64,000 nt of DNA from the NCBI GenBank assembly GCA_048128005.1, contig JBEUKZ010000115.1, forward strand, positions 1 through 64,000. Reading direction: 5' to 3'. A program made the position numbers and the translations under genes. This stretch comes from Veleropilina oligotropha. Its lineage: Eukaryota. Every line of letters starts with the position of its first letter. The first letter of the stretch is position 1. The notes under the pieces are model-generated. The model saw only the letters and a program-made list of their open reading frames with translations. It made no database searches and was not told where the DNA came from. Shown piece by piece: positions 44,634-55,649 of the stretch.

Positions 44634-47600
44634 CACACGGACCATTTGATAATGTCTTGTCCTTTTTTACAAAAAGGTCAAGACATAAAAACAAGAACGA
44701 CGCATTGGGAATATGTCTTGATTGTTCTTTATTTCCGTCAAATTTTCAGAACAGTTATAACTTATAACGTTACAATGCCGAAGTGCACTTTAAGACTTTA
44801 CCACCCCGTCGATTCTGACGTCACCCAATGACGATTAATCTAAAGCGTCATCGCAATGACGTCATTGCTATTTACTAGAAATATATGACATACGTTAACG
44901 TTATATAGCATATATATGCATAAAAGTGCCTAATAAATGCATATTTTTGCAATATTGTGTCGCAAAAGTTATATACACGACCTACAAATACTCATTGGAA
45001 TGTGTGTACCAATTTGGGTGAAAATTGAGCAGGTAGTTTTGAAATAAATCGACGGATATATATATAAGTATATAAGTATATATGTATAAATGTATATATA
45101 TATATACACACGGACCATTTGATAATGTCTTGTTCTTTTTTACAAAAAGGTCAAGACATAAAAATGCCCCAAAATGGAAATTTTTCATCTAGACCACAGT
45201 GCCAGGGTCATATGTGCCAAATTTTAGCACCCTGCACATGCCTGAAGTGTGGGTCCATGTCTGCATCTATACAAAAACTAGAGGGATAAGATTTGAAATC
45301 TCCGAGAACCAGGCCGGACATGATTTAAGGATCAAATTACGCTGCCTTGCACAATGGCACGTTAAGGGGGGATAGAATATCACAGGAAATCATGATGGCA
45401 TGTACAGGACATGAGATCTAATCCGGACAAGGTGTGTCAGAAAAGTACATTTTGACCTCTGTGACCTTGACCTTTGACCGAACAACAATACTGATCATTG
45501 TTATACAATGCACTCGCCCTCAGGGAATAATTTGGTGGAAAAAATTAAGAAAACAATACAAAATAGAAATGCCCAAATATGGAATTTTTTCATCAAGGTC
45601 ACAGTGCCGAGGTCAAAAGTGCAAAATTTTAGTGCCCTGCACATGCTTGAAGTGTGGGTCATACATCGACAAAGAAATTAGAAGGATAATATTTCGGGAT
45701 CAAAGGTCATTCCAAAAAGCACAATGGCATGCTAGGGCGGTTTAACATACCAAAGGAAATAATGCTGGGATGTATAGGACCTGAGATCTAGCCCGGACTA
45801 GGTGTGTGTCAGGTAAGTACATTTTGACCTCTGTGACCTTGCCATTTGACCGAACAACAAAATTGAACATGGTTATATAATGTACTCGCCCTCAGGAAAA
45901 AATTTGGTGAAAAAAAATTTAAACAAAATATAAAAATGCCCAAATATGGAAATTTTAGATCAAGGTCACAGTGCCAAGGTCAAAGGTGCAAAATTTTAGG
46001 GCCCTACACATGCTTGAAGTCTTCGGGTGGGAAGACATAATAAACGAATAGTTATAACATAATTTGAATATGGCAAAAGCAACATCTCTGCCTTGACACC
46101 CATTAGAGGATCATATTCATAGACTGGATGTTACGTAATAGATAATACACTGCCACCCTGAGCGATATCATGCATATTGCCGCAAAAGGTGTTTAATATG
46201 TGAATATCTCCGAGGGGTGCCAGTGTATTATCTGTCATACATATCATGAAAATCTATTATAAATTTCACGCTGCAATCTCTTAATACATGGAATTGTCCA
46301 TGATACCACCCCATGGAAGCGATATGAAACAGTGGACTCTTCCATTCACAGAAGTCGGGCACCTTTTCAATTCCTTTGGTAGTGCCAACTGCTGGGGGCG
46401 ACCCAAGTTAATCCCATTGTTTGGGATATTACCTGGAACAATAGTAACTCGTACTAAGAGTCCTTGTGTTCAGATGTCATGCTCATGGTATGCACTAAGA
46501 GTCCTGGTGTTCAGATGTCAGGCTCATGGCATGCACGAGTCCTGGTGTTCAGATGTCAGGCTCATGGTATGCACTACGAATCCTGGTGTTCAGATGTCAG
46601 GCTCATGGTATGCACTAAGAGTCCTATTGTTCAGATGTCAGGCTCATGGTATGCACTACGAGTCCTGGTGTTCAGATGTCATGCTCATGGTATGCACTAA
46701 GAGTCCTGGTGTTCAGATGTCAGGCTCATGGCATGCACTACGAGTCCTGGTGTTCAAATGTCAGGCTCCTGGTATGTACTATGAGTCCTGGTGTTCAGAT
46801 GTCAGGCTCATGGTATGCACTACGAATCCTGGTGTTCAGATGTCAGGCTCATGGTATGCACTACGAGTCCTGGTGTTCAGATGTCATGCTCATGGTATGA
46901 ACTAAGAGTCATGGTGTTCAGATGCCATGCTCATGGTATGCACTAAGAGTCCTGGTGTTCAGATGTCAGGCTCATGGTATACACTAAGAGTCCTATTGTT
47001 CAGATGTCAGGCTCATGGTATACACTACGAGTCCTATTGTTCAGATGTCAGGCTCGTGGTATGCACTAAGAGTCCTATTGTTCAGATGTCAGGCTCATGG
47101 TATGCACTACGAGTCCTGGTGTTCAGATGTCAGGCTCATGGTATGCACTACGAGTACTGGTGTGCAGATGTCATGCTCATGGTAATTGCACTACGAGTCC
47201 TGGTGTTCAGATGTCAGGCTCATGGTATGCACTACGAGTCCTGGTGTTCAGATGTCAGGCTCATGGTATGCACTACGAGTCCTGGTGTTCAGATGTCAGG
47301 CTCATGGTATGCACTAAGAGTCCTGGTGTTCAGATGTCAGGCTCATGGTATGCACTAAGAGTCCTGGTGTTCAGATGTCAGACTCATGGTATGCACTAAG
47401 AGTCCTGGTGTTCAGATGTCAGGCTCATGGTATGCACTACAAGTCCTGGTGTTCAGATGTCAGACTCATGGTATGCACTACGAGTCCTGGTGTTCAGATG
47501 TCAGGCTCATGGTATGCACTAAGAGTCCTGGTGTTCAGATGTCAGGCTCATGGTATACACTACGAGTCCTGGTGTTCAGATGTCAGGCTCATGGTATGCA

Positions 47601-50600
47601 CCACGAGTCCTGGTGTTCAGATGTCAGGCTCATGGTATGCACTACGAGTCCTAGTGTTTAGTTTAGTTTAAACATATTTATTCCAATTGATGGATGGGAT
47701 TGGGTAAAAAGTTGTAAAACTTATCGGAGTACCCTCTCCCTGGTGTTCAGATGTCAGGCTCATGGTATGCACTAAGAGTCCTATTGTTCAGGTGTCACGC
47801 TCATGGTATGCACTACGAGTCCTGGTGTTCAGATGTCAGGCTCATGGTAATTGCACTAAGAATCCTGGTGTTCAGATGTCAGGCTCATGGTAATTGCACT
47901 ACGAGCCCTGGTGTTCAGATGTCAGGCTCATGGTATGAACTAAGAGTCCTGGTGTTCAGATGTCAGGCTCCTGGTATGCACTACGAGTCCTGGTGTTCAG
48001 ATGTCAGGCTCATGGTATGCACTAAGAGTCCTATTGTTCAGATGTCAGGCCCATGGTATGCACTACGAGTCCTGGTGTTCAGATGTCAGGCTCATGGTAT
48101 GCACTAAGAGTCCTATTGTTCAGATGTCAGGCCCATGGTATGCACTACGAGTCCTGGTGTTCAGATGTCAGGCTCATGGTATGCACTACGAGTCCTGGTG
48201 TTCAGATGTCAAGCTCATGATATGCACTAAGACTCCTGGCATTCAGATGTCAGGCTCATGGCATGCACAACGAGTCCTGGTGTTCAGATGTCAGGCTCCT
48301 GGTATGCACTAAGAGTCCCATTGTTCAGATGTCAGGCCCATGGTATGCACTACGGGTCCTGGTGTTCAGATGTCAGGCTCATGGTATGCACTAAGAGTCC
48401 TGGTGTTCAGATGTCAGGCTCATGGTATACACTAAGAGTCCTAGTGTTCATATGTCAGGCTCATGGTATGCGCTAAGAGTCCTGGTGTTCAGATGTCAGG
48501 CTCATGGCATGCACTACGAGTCCTGGTGTTCTGATGTCATGCTCATGGTATACACTAAGAGTCCTGGTGTTCAGATGTCATGCTCATAGTATGCACTATG
48601 AGTCCTGGTGTTCAGATGCCAGGCTCTTGGTATACACTACGAGTCCTGGTGTTCAGATGTCAGGCTCCTGGTATGCACTACGAGTCCTGGTGTTCAGATG
48701 CCAGGCTCTTGGTATACACTACGAGTCCTGGTGTTCAGATGTCAGGCTCCTGGTATGCACTACGAGTCCTGGTGTTCAGATGTCAGGCTCATGGTATGCA
48801 CTACGAATCCTGGTGTTCAGATGTCAGGCTCATGGTATGCACTAAGAGTCCTGGTGTTCAGATGTCAGGCTCCTGGTATGCACTAAGAGTCCTGGTGTTC
48901 AGATGTCAGGCTCATGGTATGCACTAAGAGTCCTGGTGTTCAGATGTCAGGCTCATGGTATGCACTAAGAGTCCTGGTGTTCAGATGTCAGGCTCATGGT
49001 ATGCACTACGAGTCCTGGTGTTCAGATGTCAGGCTCTTGGTATACACTACGAGTCCTGGTGTTCAGATGTCAGGCTCATGGTATGCACTAAGAGTCCTGG
49101 TGTTCAGATGTCAGGCTCATGGTATGCACTAAGAGTCCTGGTGTTCAGATGTCAGGCTTATGGTATGCACTAAGAGTCCTGGTGTTCAGATGTCAGGCTC
49201 ATGGTATGCACTAAGAGTCCTGGCATTCAGATGTCAGGCTCAGGCCATGCACTACGAATCCTGGTGTTCAGATGTCAGGCTCATGGTATGCACTACGAGT
49301 CCTGGTGTTCAGATGTCAGGCTCATGGTATGCACTAAGAGTCATGGTGTTCAGATGTCAGGCTCATGGTATGCACTACGAGTCCTATTGTTCAGATGTCA
49401 GGCTCATGATATACACTACGAGTCCTGGTGTTCAGATGTCAGGCTCATGGTATGCACTACGAGTCCTGGTGTTCAGATGTCAGGCTCATGGTATGCACTA
49501 CGAGTCCTGGTGTTCAGATGTTAGGCTCATGGTATGCACTACGAGTCCTGGTGTTCAGATGTTAGGCTCTTGGTATGCACTACGAGTCCTGGTGTTCAGA
49601 TGTCAGGCTCCTGGTATGCACTAAGAGTCCTGGTGTTCAGATGTTAGGCTCATGGTATGCACTACGAGTCCTGGTGTTCAGATGTCAGGCTCCTGGTATG
49701 CACTAAGAGTCCTGGTGTTCAGATGTTAGGCTCATGGTATGCACTACGAGTCCTGGTGTTCAGATGTCAGGCTCAGGGCATGCACATGTAGTTAAAGGCT
49801 GAGGCTCTAATGATTCAATAACTTTATCAATCATAACTCAATGTTCTCTCGGATTGAAATTATAAGGAGGGGGAATTATGTCGCGGAGTGGTCACTTGTA
49901 TATATATAATTACATGTATACAAATTAATTATATGGCGTCAATGGGGTGAACATCTGGAATGATGGTCATTTAAAAAAAAAGGTGTGCATGAAAAGGTGG
50001 CGGGACCAGGGGTCATAGGGTGGCGGGGAAGGGTCATAGGGTGGCAGACCTGCCGCCTTATAAGTGCCCGGGGAGAACACTGATATTAACTACATGTATG
50101 CCCATAACCATTTGAAGTAGATTCTGGTTTCATTGACTCCAAGTCTCCACAAAACATTAAATTTCATTAAATATTAACATGACAGGCTGGCTAGTGAAAT
50201 ACGATCCACTTAAGATTGGGAATAATGAGAAATCAATTGGGAACCCACCTTAGGCCATGCCATATGGAATTGGGGAGATTTTTTTATAATTTTGTGCCAG
50301 TTTATAACATAATTAATAAATTATATGTCCATATTATCATGGAAGACAAGTGCATATTAACTGGTGAAGCCCATCTGCACTTGCAGGTTACAAACCACCG
50401 ACTTGACTTTAAGTGTCCAATACGATGAATCTAATACTACTGAGAAGCAGTGGGTAGGAAATTGGTAAAATTACTGCTGTGCAACACAACTGACACACGA
50501 GCCGCAATGACCAGAAAAGAAAATGTCATTAAAATAAAACAAGTATGTCAAACTTATAATTTTATTCGCATAAAACAAAAAAGACAAAATTTCCAGAAAT

Positions 50601-52373
50601 AAATAAGCATAGTTTTAATACAGATAAAGATTTGCAGAATGCAAAATGTAAGCAGCGTACATTATCATCTTACTCAGCAAATCGCCCGGTGACAATCTGT
50701 GATCATTTATGGGAATGTAATCAGATACTACCATTAACCCACTGCCAGAATCACTTAGCAATTGTGCAAACAAAACGGACAGATTATTGATTTCTGGTGA
50801 AGAAGTAATTAAGCGCCAACCGGACCAGACAATCGACAGATCCTGAACTGTAAATCGCCATTTATATAATTCATCATGCGAATACAGAAATTAACAAATT
50901 GGTGGTCCCCACACCACTGTGGTCACTGATAACCATGTGATAATCATGTTGGTGATTTATTACCGATTCCTAACTTAAGGAGATTTATGTTACGGAATAA
51001 AATAACGCTCATTAACAAAAACACTAAACATTTGCTTCTTGATATATGGATATATATGATAGGACAGTGTAAATGGATGATAGGACAGTGTAAATGGATG
51101 GAAAAGACTAACATTTAGATCAATAACAACAAAGAATAATATTTCTGACAAATCAGTGAACTGTAAATGATATCCATTGGTTTCATATCAGCACGTTGCT
51201 GATGGGCCAATTTCCGGGTACGCGGCGTCCGTGTAATGATTAAATATTTATCATCAATATTGAGGATTGAAAAGGTTACGCTGGAATCAAGGCAATGCTG
51301 GCTGCACACAATGTAATGACATCTCTGTGAACAATTATTGCGAACAATAATAACAGCTACATTATCGAGTGATCAAATTAACAAAATAAATCATACGGTT
51401 TTATTTGAAGGTTTTCTGGTTATCCATTTATTTTCAAGTTTCAACAAGATCACTTTTGAATGCATTGGTTCTCAACCGAATACAGGATAAGCAACGTTGT
51501 ATTTATGTTCGGATAGGCGACATTGCTGAAGAGTAGCCAGGTGCGGTAGACAAAACCACGTGTAACGTTAAACAGGGGGTTTCGAATGCAAGGTGACAGT
51601 CACGTTCATTGTGGGCATCTATTATATTTTGCAAAATATTTTCATCCACACATAGACGTTGTTATTGTCCACAGGAACCGAAATGTCTCCCTGCTTGAAA
51701 TGTTATAGATATTTCAATAATTCTATTTTTAGCAACAGGTCCGGTGATCTTTGAGCCATTGTCCCCAAATGCAATCCCAAGCTTCCTCTCCTCATAAGCA
51801 ACCGCCTGCCAAATATGGGCACGATCGCCCAATATGGAACGTAGTTATTGTCCGGAAACCAAATCAAAACCAAAATTCTATTTTTAGGATATTAAACAGA
51901 TCACTTTACCTTTGGCCTACTGACCTGAATAATATACCCAAGCAACCTCTCCTATTAAGCAACCTCATGTCTGTACCTGATATGAGCATGATCGCTTCAT
52001 AAAAACGAAAGTTATTTTCTGGAAATCAAGGCGTGACAAACAGCAGGCACAAAAACAATGTCTCTCCTACAGGGTAGGGGATACAACTAGTTCTGACTTG
52101 GTAACTTACCACCTTGATATCGTTTTGGCATTCGTCCTTGTGAGAGAGGAACTTCTCGTGCACATTTCTCCGCAGGATGTAACCGATGATGAGCCCCACG
52201 GCGAATATCACTACGATGACGAGGACCTGCAGCACCAGGCCCTTCCGGCCCATGAAGCACCTGGCAGCACAGCGCTTCTGCCCATCCAGCGTGCGGTAAT
52301 CGATGTCGATGTTATCCGAGTTGGCCTCCCATCTCGACATGCCTTTTGTGCCTTTGTAGACCTTAGAGGGCAT
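20160..52373 (-). CDS. M28B family (GCPII/NAALADase/transferrin receptor-like) type II membrane protein, predicted catalytically inactive; 18 coding exons, 2337 nt, 778 aa
   Basis: Exons 52110-52373, 43613-43686, 43157-43297, 42293-42425, 33628-33750, 31890-32073, 28746-28836, 27971-28063, 27525-27610, 26947-27066, 26318-26400, 25950-26013, 23360-23519, 22731-22824, 22031-22277, 21345-21435, 20808-20900, 20160-20355. All are GT-AG with compatible phases and no stops; TM, PA, M28 and TfR-dimerisation domain motifs occur in order. Confidence 0.92.
20410..20700 (-). mobile_element. tRNA-derived SINE (second family)
   Basis: Minus-strand head with GGTTCGAGGCC B box; gcatatccctaatgtatgtcggtcagatcggag..gacattaa core shared with 13041-13292. 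Confidence 0.7.
20808..20900 (-). CDS. M28B-like gene, exon 17
   Basis: [30 protein letters not shown] (dimerisation-domain ND....ERAF...G.P..P motif). Confidence 0.9.
21345..21435 (-). CDS. M28B-like gene, exon 16
   Basis: [33 protein letters not shown] with phase 1 start and phase 2 end that fit the neighbouring exons. Confidence 0.8.
22031..22277 (-). CDS. M28B-like gene, exon 15
   Basis: [10 protein letters not shown]...FIDPDYKLH...[10 protein letters not shown]. Confidence 0.92.
22731..22824 (-). CDS. M28B-like gene, exon 14
   Basis: [24 protein letters not shown]. Confidence 0.9.
23360..23519 (-). CDS. M28B-like gene, exon 13
   Basis: [13 protein letters not shown]...KVPCP...TVLDMW. 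Confidence 0.9.
23906..24136 (+). mobile_element. Short non-autonomous HINE/pearl-like element
   Basis: aactagaaatatgt start, (GGAC)n tract, 3' hairpin atgccacc...ggtggcat; related copy at 26104-26245. Confidence 0.55.
24241..24401 (+). mobile_element. SINE, internally deleted copy with TSD
   Basis: Same family as 17695; TSD cttgtgcgtg at 24229-24238 and 24402-24411. Confidence 0.85.
24451..24712 (-). mobile_element. SINE, full-length copy
   Basis: Near-identical to 17695-17960; TSD gagca(t/g)ggtggag. Confidence 0.88.
24826..25846. mobile_element. Non-autonomous hAT-type DNA transposon
   Basis: 12-bp TIR tagggctgtcac/gtgacagcccta and perfect 8-bp TSD gtcttggt (24818-24825, 25847-25854). 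Confidence 0.88.
25950..26013 (-). CDS. M28B-like gene, exon 12
   Basis: [21 protein letters not shown]. Confidence 0.92.
26318..26400 (-). CDS. M28B-like gene, exon 11
   Basis: [27 protein letters not shown]. Confidence 0.93.
26627..26895 (+). mobile_element. tRNA-derived SINE (older subfamily)
   Basis: B box GGTTCGAACC; body homologous to the 17695 family. Confidence 0.8.
26947..27066 (-). CDS. M28B-like gene, exon 10
   Basis: [30 protein letters not shown]. Confidence 0.93.
27525..27610 (-). CDS. M28B-like gene, exon 9
   Basis: [28 protein letters not shown]. Confidence 0.9.
27971..28063 (-). CDS. M28B-like gene, exon 8
   Basis: [16 protein letters not shown]...; GT-AG, phase 2 at both ends, GC-rich island. 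Confidence 0.78.
28746..28836 (-). CDS. M28B-like gene, exon 7
   Basis: [18 protein letters not shown]. Confidence 0.9.
29247..29728. repeat. 19-bp minisatellite (ATGTACGACGACGATATCA)
   Basis: About 25 direct repeats. Confidence 0.95.
30213..31096 (+). mobile_element. HINE/pearl-like non-autonomous element with internal ~130-bp tandem repeats
   Basis: aacaagagg start, 4-5 tandem core repeats (30310-30990), (GGAC/GAC)n tract, terminal hairpin tagctccgct...agcggagcta. Confidence 0.65.
31181..31575. repeat. 20-bp minisatellite (ACATACGCGCGTATATTGTT)
   Basis: About 20 direct repeats. Confidence 0.95.
31890..32073 (-). CDS. M28B-like gene, exon 6
   Basis: [21 protein letters not shown]...GDPRTPDY (PA domain). 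Confidence 0.93.
32545..32687. repeat. Long imperfect palindrome (about 65-bp arms), probably part of a non-autonomous element
   Basis: atctcacattcgtggtcatttaatatcacatttatgaaac... mirrored by ...gtttcataaatgtgatattaaatgatcacgaatgtgagat. Confidence 0.85.
33628..33750 (-). CDS. M28B-like gene, exon 5
   Basis: [15 protein letters not shown]....[20 protein letters not shown]. Confidence 0.93.
34303..41622 (-). mobile_element. DIRS1-like tyrosine-recombinase retrotransposon, full length but decayed, inside coding intron 4 of the M28B-like gene
   Basis: Inverted terminal repeats (about 34336-34539 and 41402-41611), ICR at about 34604-34693, frameshifted gag, RT (YLDD), RNase H, MT and YR colinear with 56279-63558. 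Confidence 0.93.
36881..38353 (-). pseudogene. DIRS copy 1 RT/RNase H pseudogene segment
   Basis: DAYLHVP, YLDDWLI, FTDAS, ELEAV, TDN and ADSLS motifs with internal frameshifts relative to copy 2. Confidence 0.85.
42293..42425 (-). CDS. M28B-like gene, exon 4
   Basis: [16 protein letters not shown]...[12 protein letters not shown]. Confidence 0.9.
43157..43297 (-). CDS. M28B-like gene, exon 3
   Basis: [27 protein letters not shown]...YRVTLSYPD. Confidence 0.9.
43613..43686 (-). CDS. M28B-like gene, exon 2
   Basis: [24 protein letters not shown]; tttcag acceptor, gtgag donor, phases fit the neighbouring exons. Confidence 0.8.
43850..46020. mobile_element. Composite non-autonomous repeat: ~400-bp tandem units with a nested tandem pair of ~470-bp elements (44225-45163)
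   Basis: Repeated gtacatt(c/t)t.acctctgtgaccttg blocks at about 44100, 45445 and 45817; duplicated acaagaacgacgc...aagacataaaa units each containing a TA tract. Confidence 0.65.
46453..49785. repeat. 41-bp satellite (GAGTCCTGGTGTTCAGATGTCAGGCTCATGGTATGCACTA[A/C]), about 80 copies
   Basis: Direct head-to-tail repeats, interrupted at about 47656-47740. Confidence 0.97.
52110..52373 (-). CDS. M28B-like gene, first coding exon: cytoplasmic tail, TM helix, stalk
   Basis: MPSKVYKG...DYRTL...[25 protein letters not shown]...; acceptor tttgtctcttcag just before the ATG, GTAAGT donor at 52109. Confidence 0.85.
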
Positions 52374-52565
52374 TCTGAAGAGACAAAAGACGAGATTCGA
52401 ACCAACTATTGTTCGTGTCAGGGTAATCAAGCCAGTGATTTTCAGAGTCTGCAACCAAAACCACACGGCTGTCGGAGCGACCAGTTATAAACAAACGAGT
52501 CCATTTAAACATAAAATATGGGCATAAATCATGAATTTAGCTTTGGATATCTCATACATTAGTCA

Positions 52566-53100
52566 CAGCGCAGTGGGTAGAGTGTCCACTCGGCAGCGCA
52601 GTGGGTAGAGTGTCCACTCGGCAGAGCAGTGGGTAGAGTGTCCACTCGGCAGAGCAGTGGGTAGAGTGTCCACTCGGCAGCGCAGTGGGTAGAGTGTCCA
52701 CTCGGCAGCGCAGTGGGTAGAGTGTCCACTCGGCAGCGCAGTGGGTAGAGTGTCCACTCGGCAGAGCAGTGGGTAGAGTGTCCACTCGGCAGAGCAGTGG
52801 GTAGAGTGTCCACTCGGCAGCGCAGTGGGTAAGAGTGTCCACTCGGCGGCGCAGTGGGTAAGAGTGTCCACTCTAAATTCACTGGCTTGATTCCGCTAAT
52901 GAGAACAGTGGTGGGTTCAATACCTGGCTGAGGCATTGACATTTGTTCAAGTTATGAATCACAGTTGTCCGCGACTGGCCGAAGAGGGCGGGATTACCCG
53001 GGCGACAGGGGTTTACTCCGGCGATAACACGGACAAGTCCTGCCTTGAACCTCGATGTTGTAAATATACAGGACATTAAGCTTCATTCCTCCTCCTCCTC
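52566..53100 (+). mobile_element. SINE with 5' head amplified into about 11 tandem 28-bp repeats
   Basis: Unit CAGCGCAGTGGGTAGAGTGTCCACTCGG; TSD catacattagtca (52553-52565, 53101-53113) encloses both array and SINE. Confidence 0.9.
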
Positions 53101-54986
53101 CATACATTAGTCAAGTGTTGCTATTGTATCAACCTTTATTTTGTGTTGTAATATAATATAAAATATATAGAATATAAAAACAATAGCATTTTGAACTTGC
53201 AATCATTCTAATATTGACATACTTAAAATTGTAAATAGCAATAGAATTTATCCAAATTAGATAACAAGAAAGTAAACAAGCCCAATGCATGTAATAGATT
53301 TAGTGTCAGGATATTCTTACATACAGAGAATTGCCAAACATTCATAAAAATAATCACCAAATAATTGTTTACACATTTCGAATTTTGTTAATAACGATTT
53401 GAATATTATAACATAACATGAATTCTCACCCAATCGATCAGAACACAGTTTGAATACAATACTTCGAGCGCAAATCCAAACCGTGTTATGATAACCTCGC
53501 CACTATCCGCCAATGCTCATCGATATCGGCAGTTATAATGAAATTGGTCGATGTTAAACACTAAGCAGCCAATTGGGCCTGTTTTACATGCGTGTAATGA
53601 AAATGGACAGACAATGCAAATATAATGATTGGCGGCATATGTGCCGGCACAGCGAAGCACAAAGAGCGCTAATTGCACACTTGTGTTGCAGAATTCTTGG
53701 ACTGACCGTTGCAGGACCTCAGAGGGGAACAAACAGTATAATTACATGGTCGGAGAGATGGACACATCCTACAAGGATGAAATTAGAACTCGAGCACTCA
53801 GACCACATTCAATAAGAAATCCACCAAAGTGACAATTAATCAAATATTGACCACATCACATGACAAATTCAGACCTGTCAACATTTGATTTTGGGTGTCA
53901 GGCAGATTCGCGGAATAAAATTTGGTATTGTTTGTTTGTACATTTAATGTGAGTATGTATATTGTGTATTATCATTTATGCGTATAATAAAATATGACAT
54001 AAAATATATATTGTTTATTATATTTTAAAATTTTGTTATATTAAAATAATATTAATATTATATTTACACTGTAGGCCTACATAATTAATTTCACATTTAT
54101 AAGACAGTTAGCGATAAATAATTACAGCAGACATGTTCACATATATCAGACTTAGTTATCATAAATATGGTATCCAGTGTTTCTAAATTCTACAAATGAG
54201 TTGCACATATTTGACACCTATTATGTTTTGCTCATTTATCCAATAATCACTAAATGCCTATTGTAAATTTGTCGTATATGCATGCATCTTCAATATTACC
54301 GTAGGCCTAATTACAGGTTGAGCAGTGAAGATGAAATTAATTCGCTATAAAAATGAGGTCGAATTATTTCACTGTGCTAAATTATCTTTAATTGTCCATT
54401 ATTTTAGTCGTAAATGATAAGATTTAATCCTAAAAACACATTTTGTAGTAAATGTTGCCGTTCAACCGTTGGATATTTGTAACGAAGCCCACCTCTGTAA
54501 AGTTTACTAGTAGGCCTAATATAGGCGTAAAGTTATCGGCCGTTGACAAACGCAAAATAATTATGTTGATGTAGGTATTTAAGCTTTACAATTGTCACAA
54601 CACATATTCACCCATGCGGGTTAATTTAATACTCTGCGGCAACCTTAGTAATACTCACAAACAAAGCAATTTGTCGGTCAAGTCATTCATTTTAACACAA
54701 TGTTTTTTACGTGTAGGTTAGATGGCGCATTGGAGAGTCTTATAAAATAGAAGTCGAGCCCGTAGGGCGAGGCTACTTTTTGATAAGAGTCTACAAGCTG
54801 CCGCCTAACCGACTTAGAAGCTAATTTTATTTCTCCACACAAATTATTTATAATTGTCTAATTTGATAAACTATTTTTTTTATCGAATCATATTTTTATA
54901 ACAAAATAATTAGCTTTTTTACCAATATATCAAGAAGAACTATATTGACATTACAACCTGTCACCCCTATTCTTAATAATGGGTAA

Positions 54987-55649
54987 AGCTGTGTTTCCAT
55001 TAACACGGTACCATCAATTTCAATACAGGTGTTTCCATTAATGTGGTCCGGCATGCGGGCCCGAATCTAGCCGGATGCGTTTTTTACCGATCGCTCCATG
55101 TAGCGATTCCAGCCGGACCGCAGATGAATCGCATACCTTATATGGCACAATATTCTTATTTCAAAGAAAGTAATTTCTTGTACCCCCCCTATTTCAAAAT
55201 TTCCTGACATGCGCATTATCATTTAGCATAATCTTGCCTGCCAATGTGAAATCCAATGTTGTAATAAGCAGAGGTGACCTTGAAAAGCTAATTGAATTAG
55301 TTCGATCTCACACATATCTGTATGATGTAACAGATGCAAGAGGTTGTGGAAAGCGCCTTGTTGCCGTCTCCGTTTTATTATTTGACGGTCCCAAAAACGA
55401 TGTTTCCTTGTGGCGTTTCTTTTCTTTAGAATATGGAATTCTGCAATTATAAGTATCAGTTCTTCTTCCACCAAAACTTCAGTTTGTAAAACTTCTACTG
55501 CATTACTATGCATCCTTGCATTGTCGGCCATTTTAATGAACTTCTATAGCAAACGCACTAGCAGCATGCGTCACCAGCATCTAACGAGACACTCAAATGC
55601 TGCAGCCGGACCGGATCCGCACCGGAGCCGTGTTAATGGAAACACAGCT
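54987..55649. mobile_element. Internally deleted Harbinger transposon
   Basis: TIR agctgtgtttccattaacacgg at both ends, TAA/TTA flanks; minus-strand transposase N-terminus (RFWDRQIIKRRRQQGAFHNL) converging on a plus-strand MADF-like N-terminus (LIELVRSHTYLYD). Confidence 0.8.

Noticed and set aside
46288..49785. Repetitive ORFs and CRISPR-like look of the 41-bp array (also the 28-, 36-, 19- and 20-bp arrays)
   Set aside because: Head-to-tail units with no unique spacers and no cas genes, in an intronic eukaryotic context
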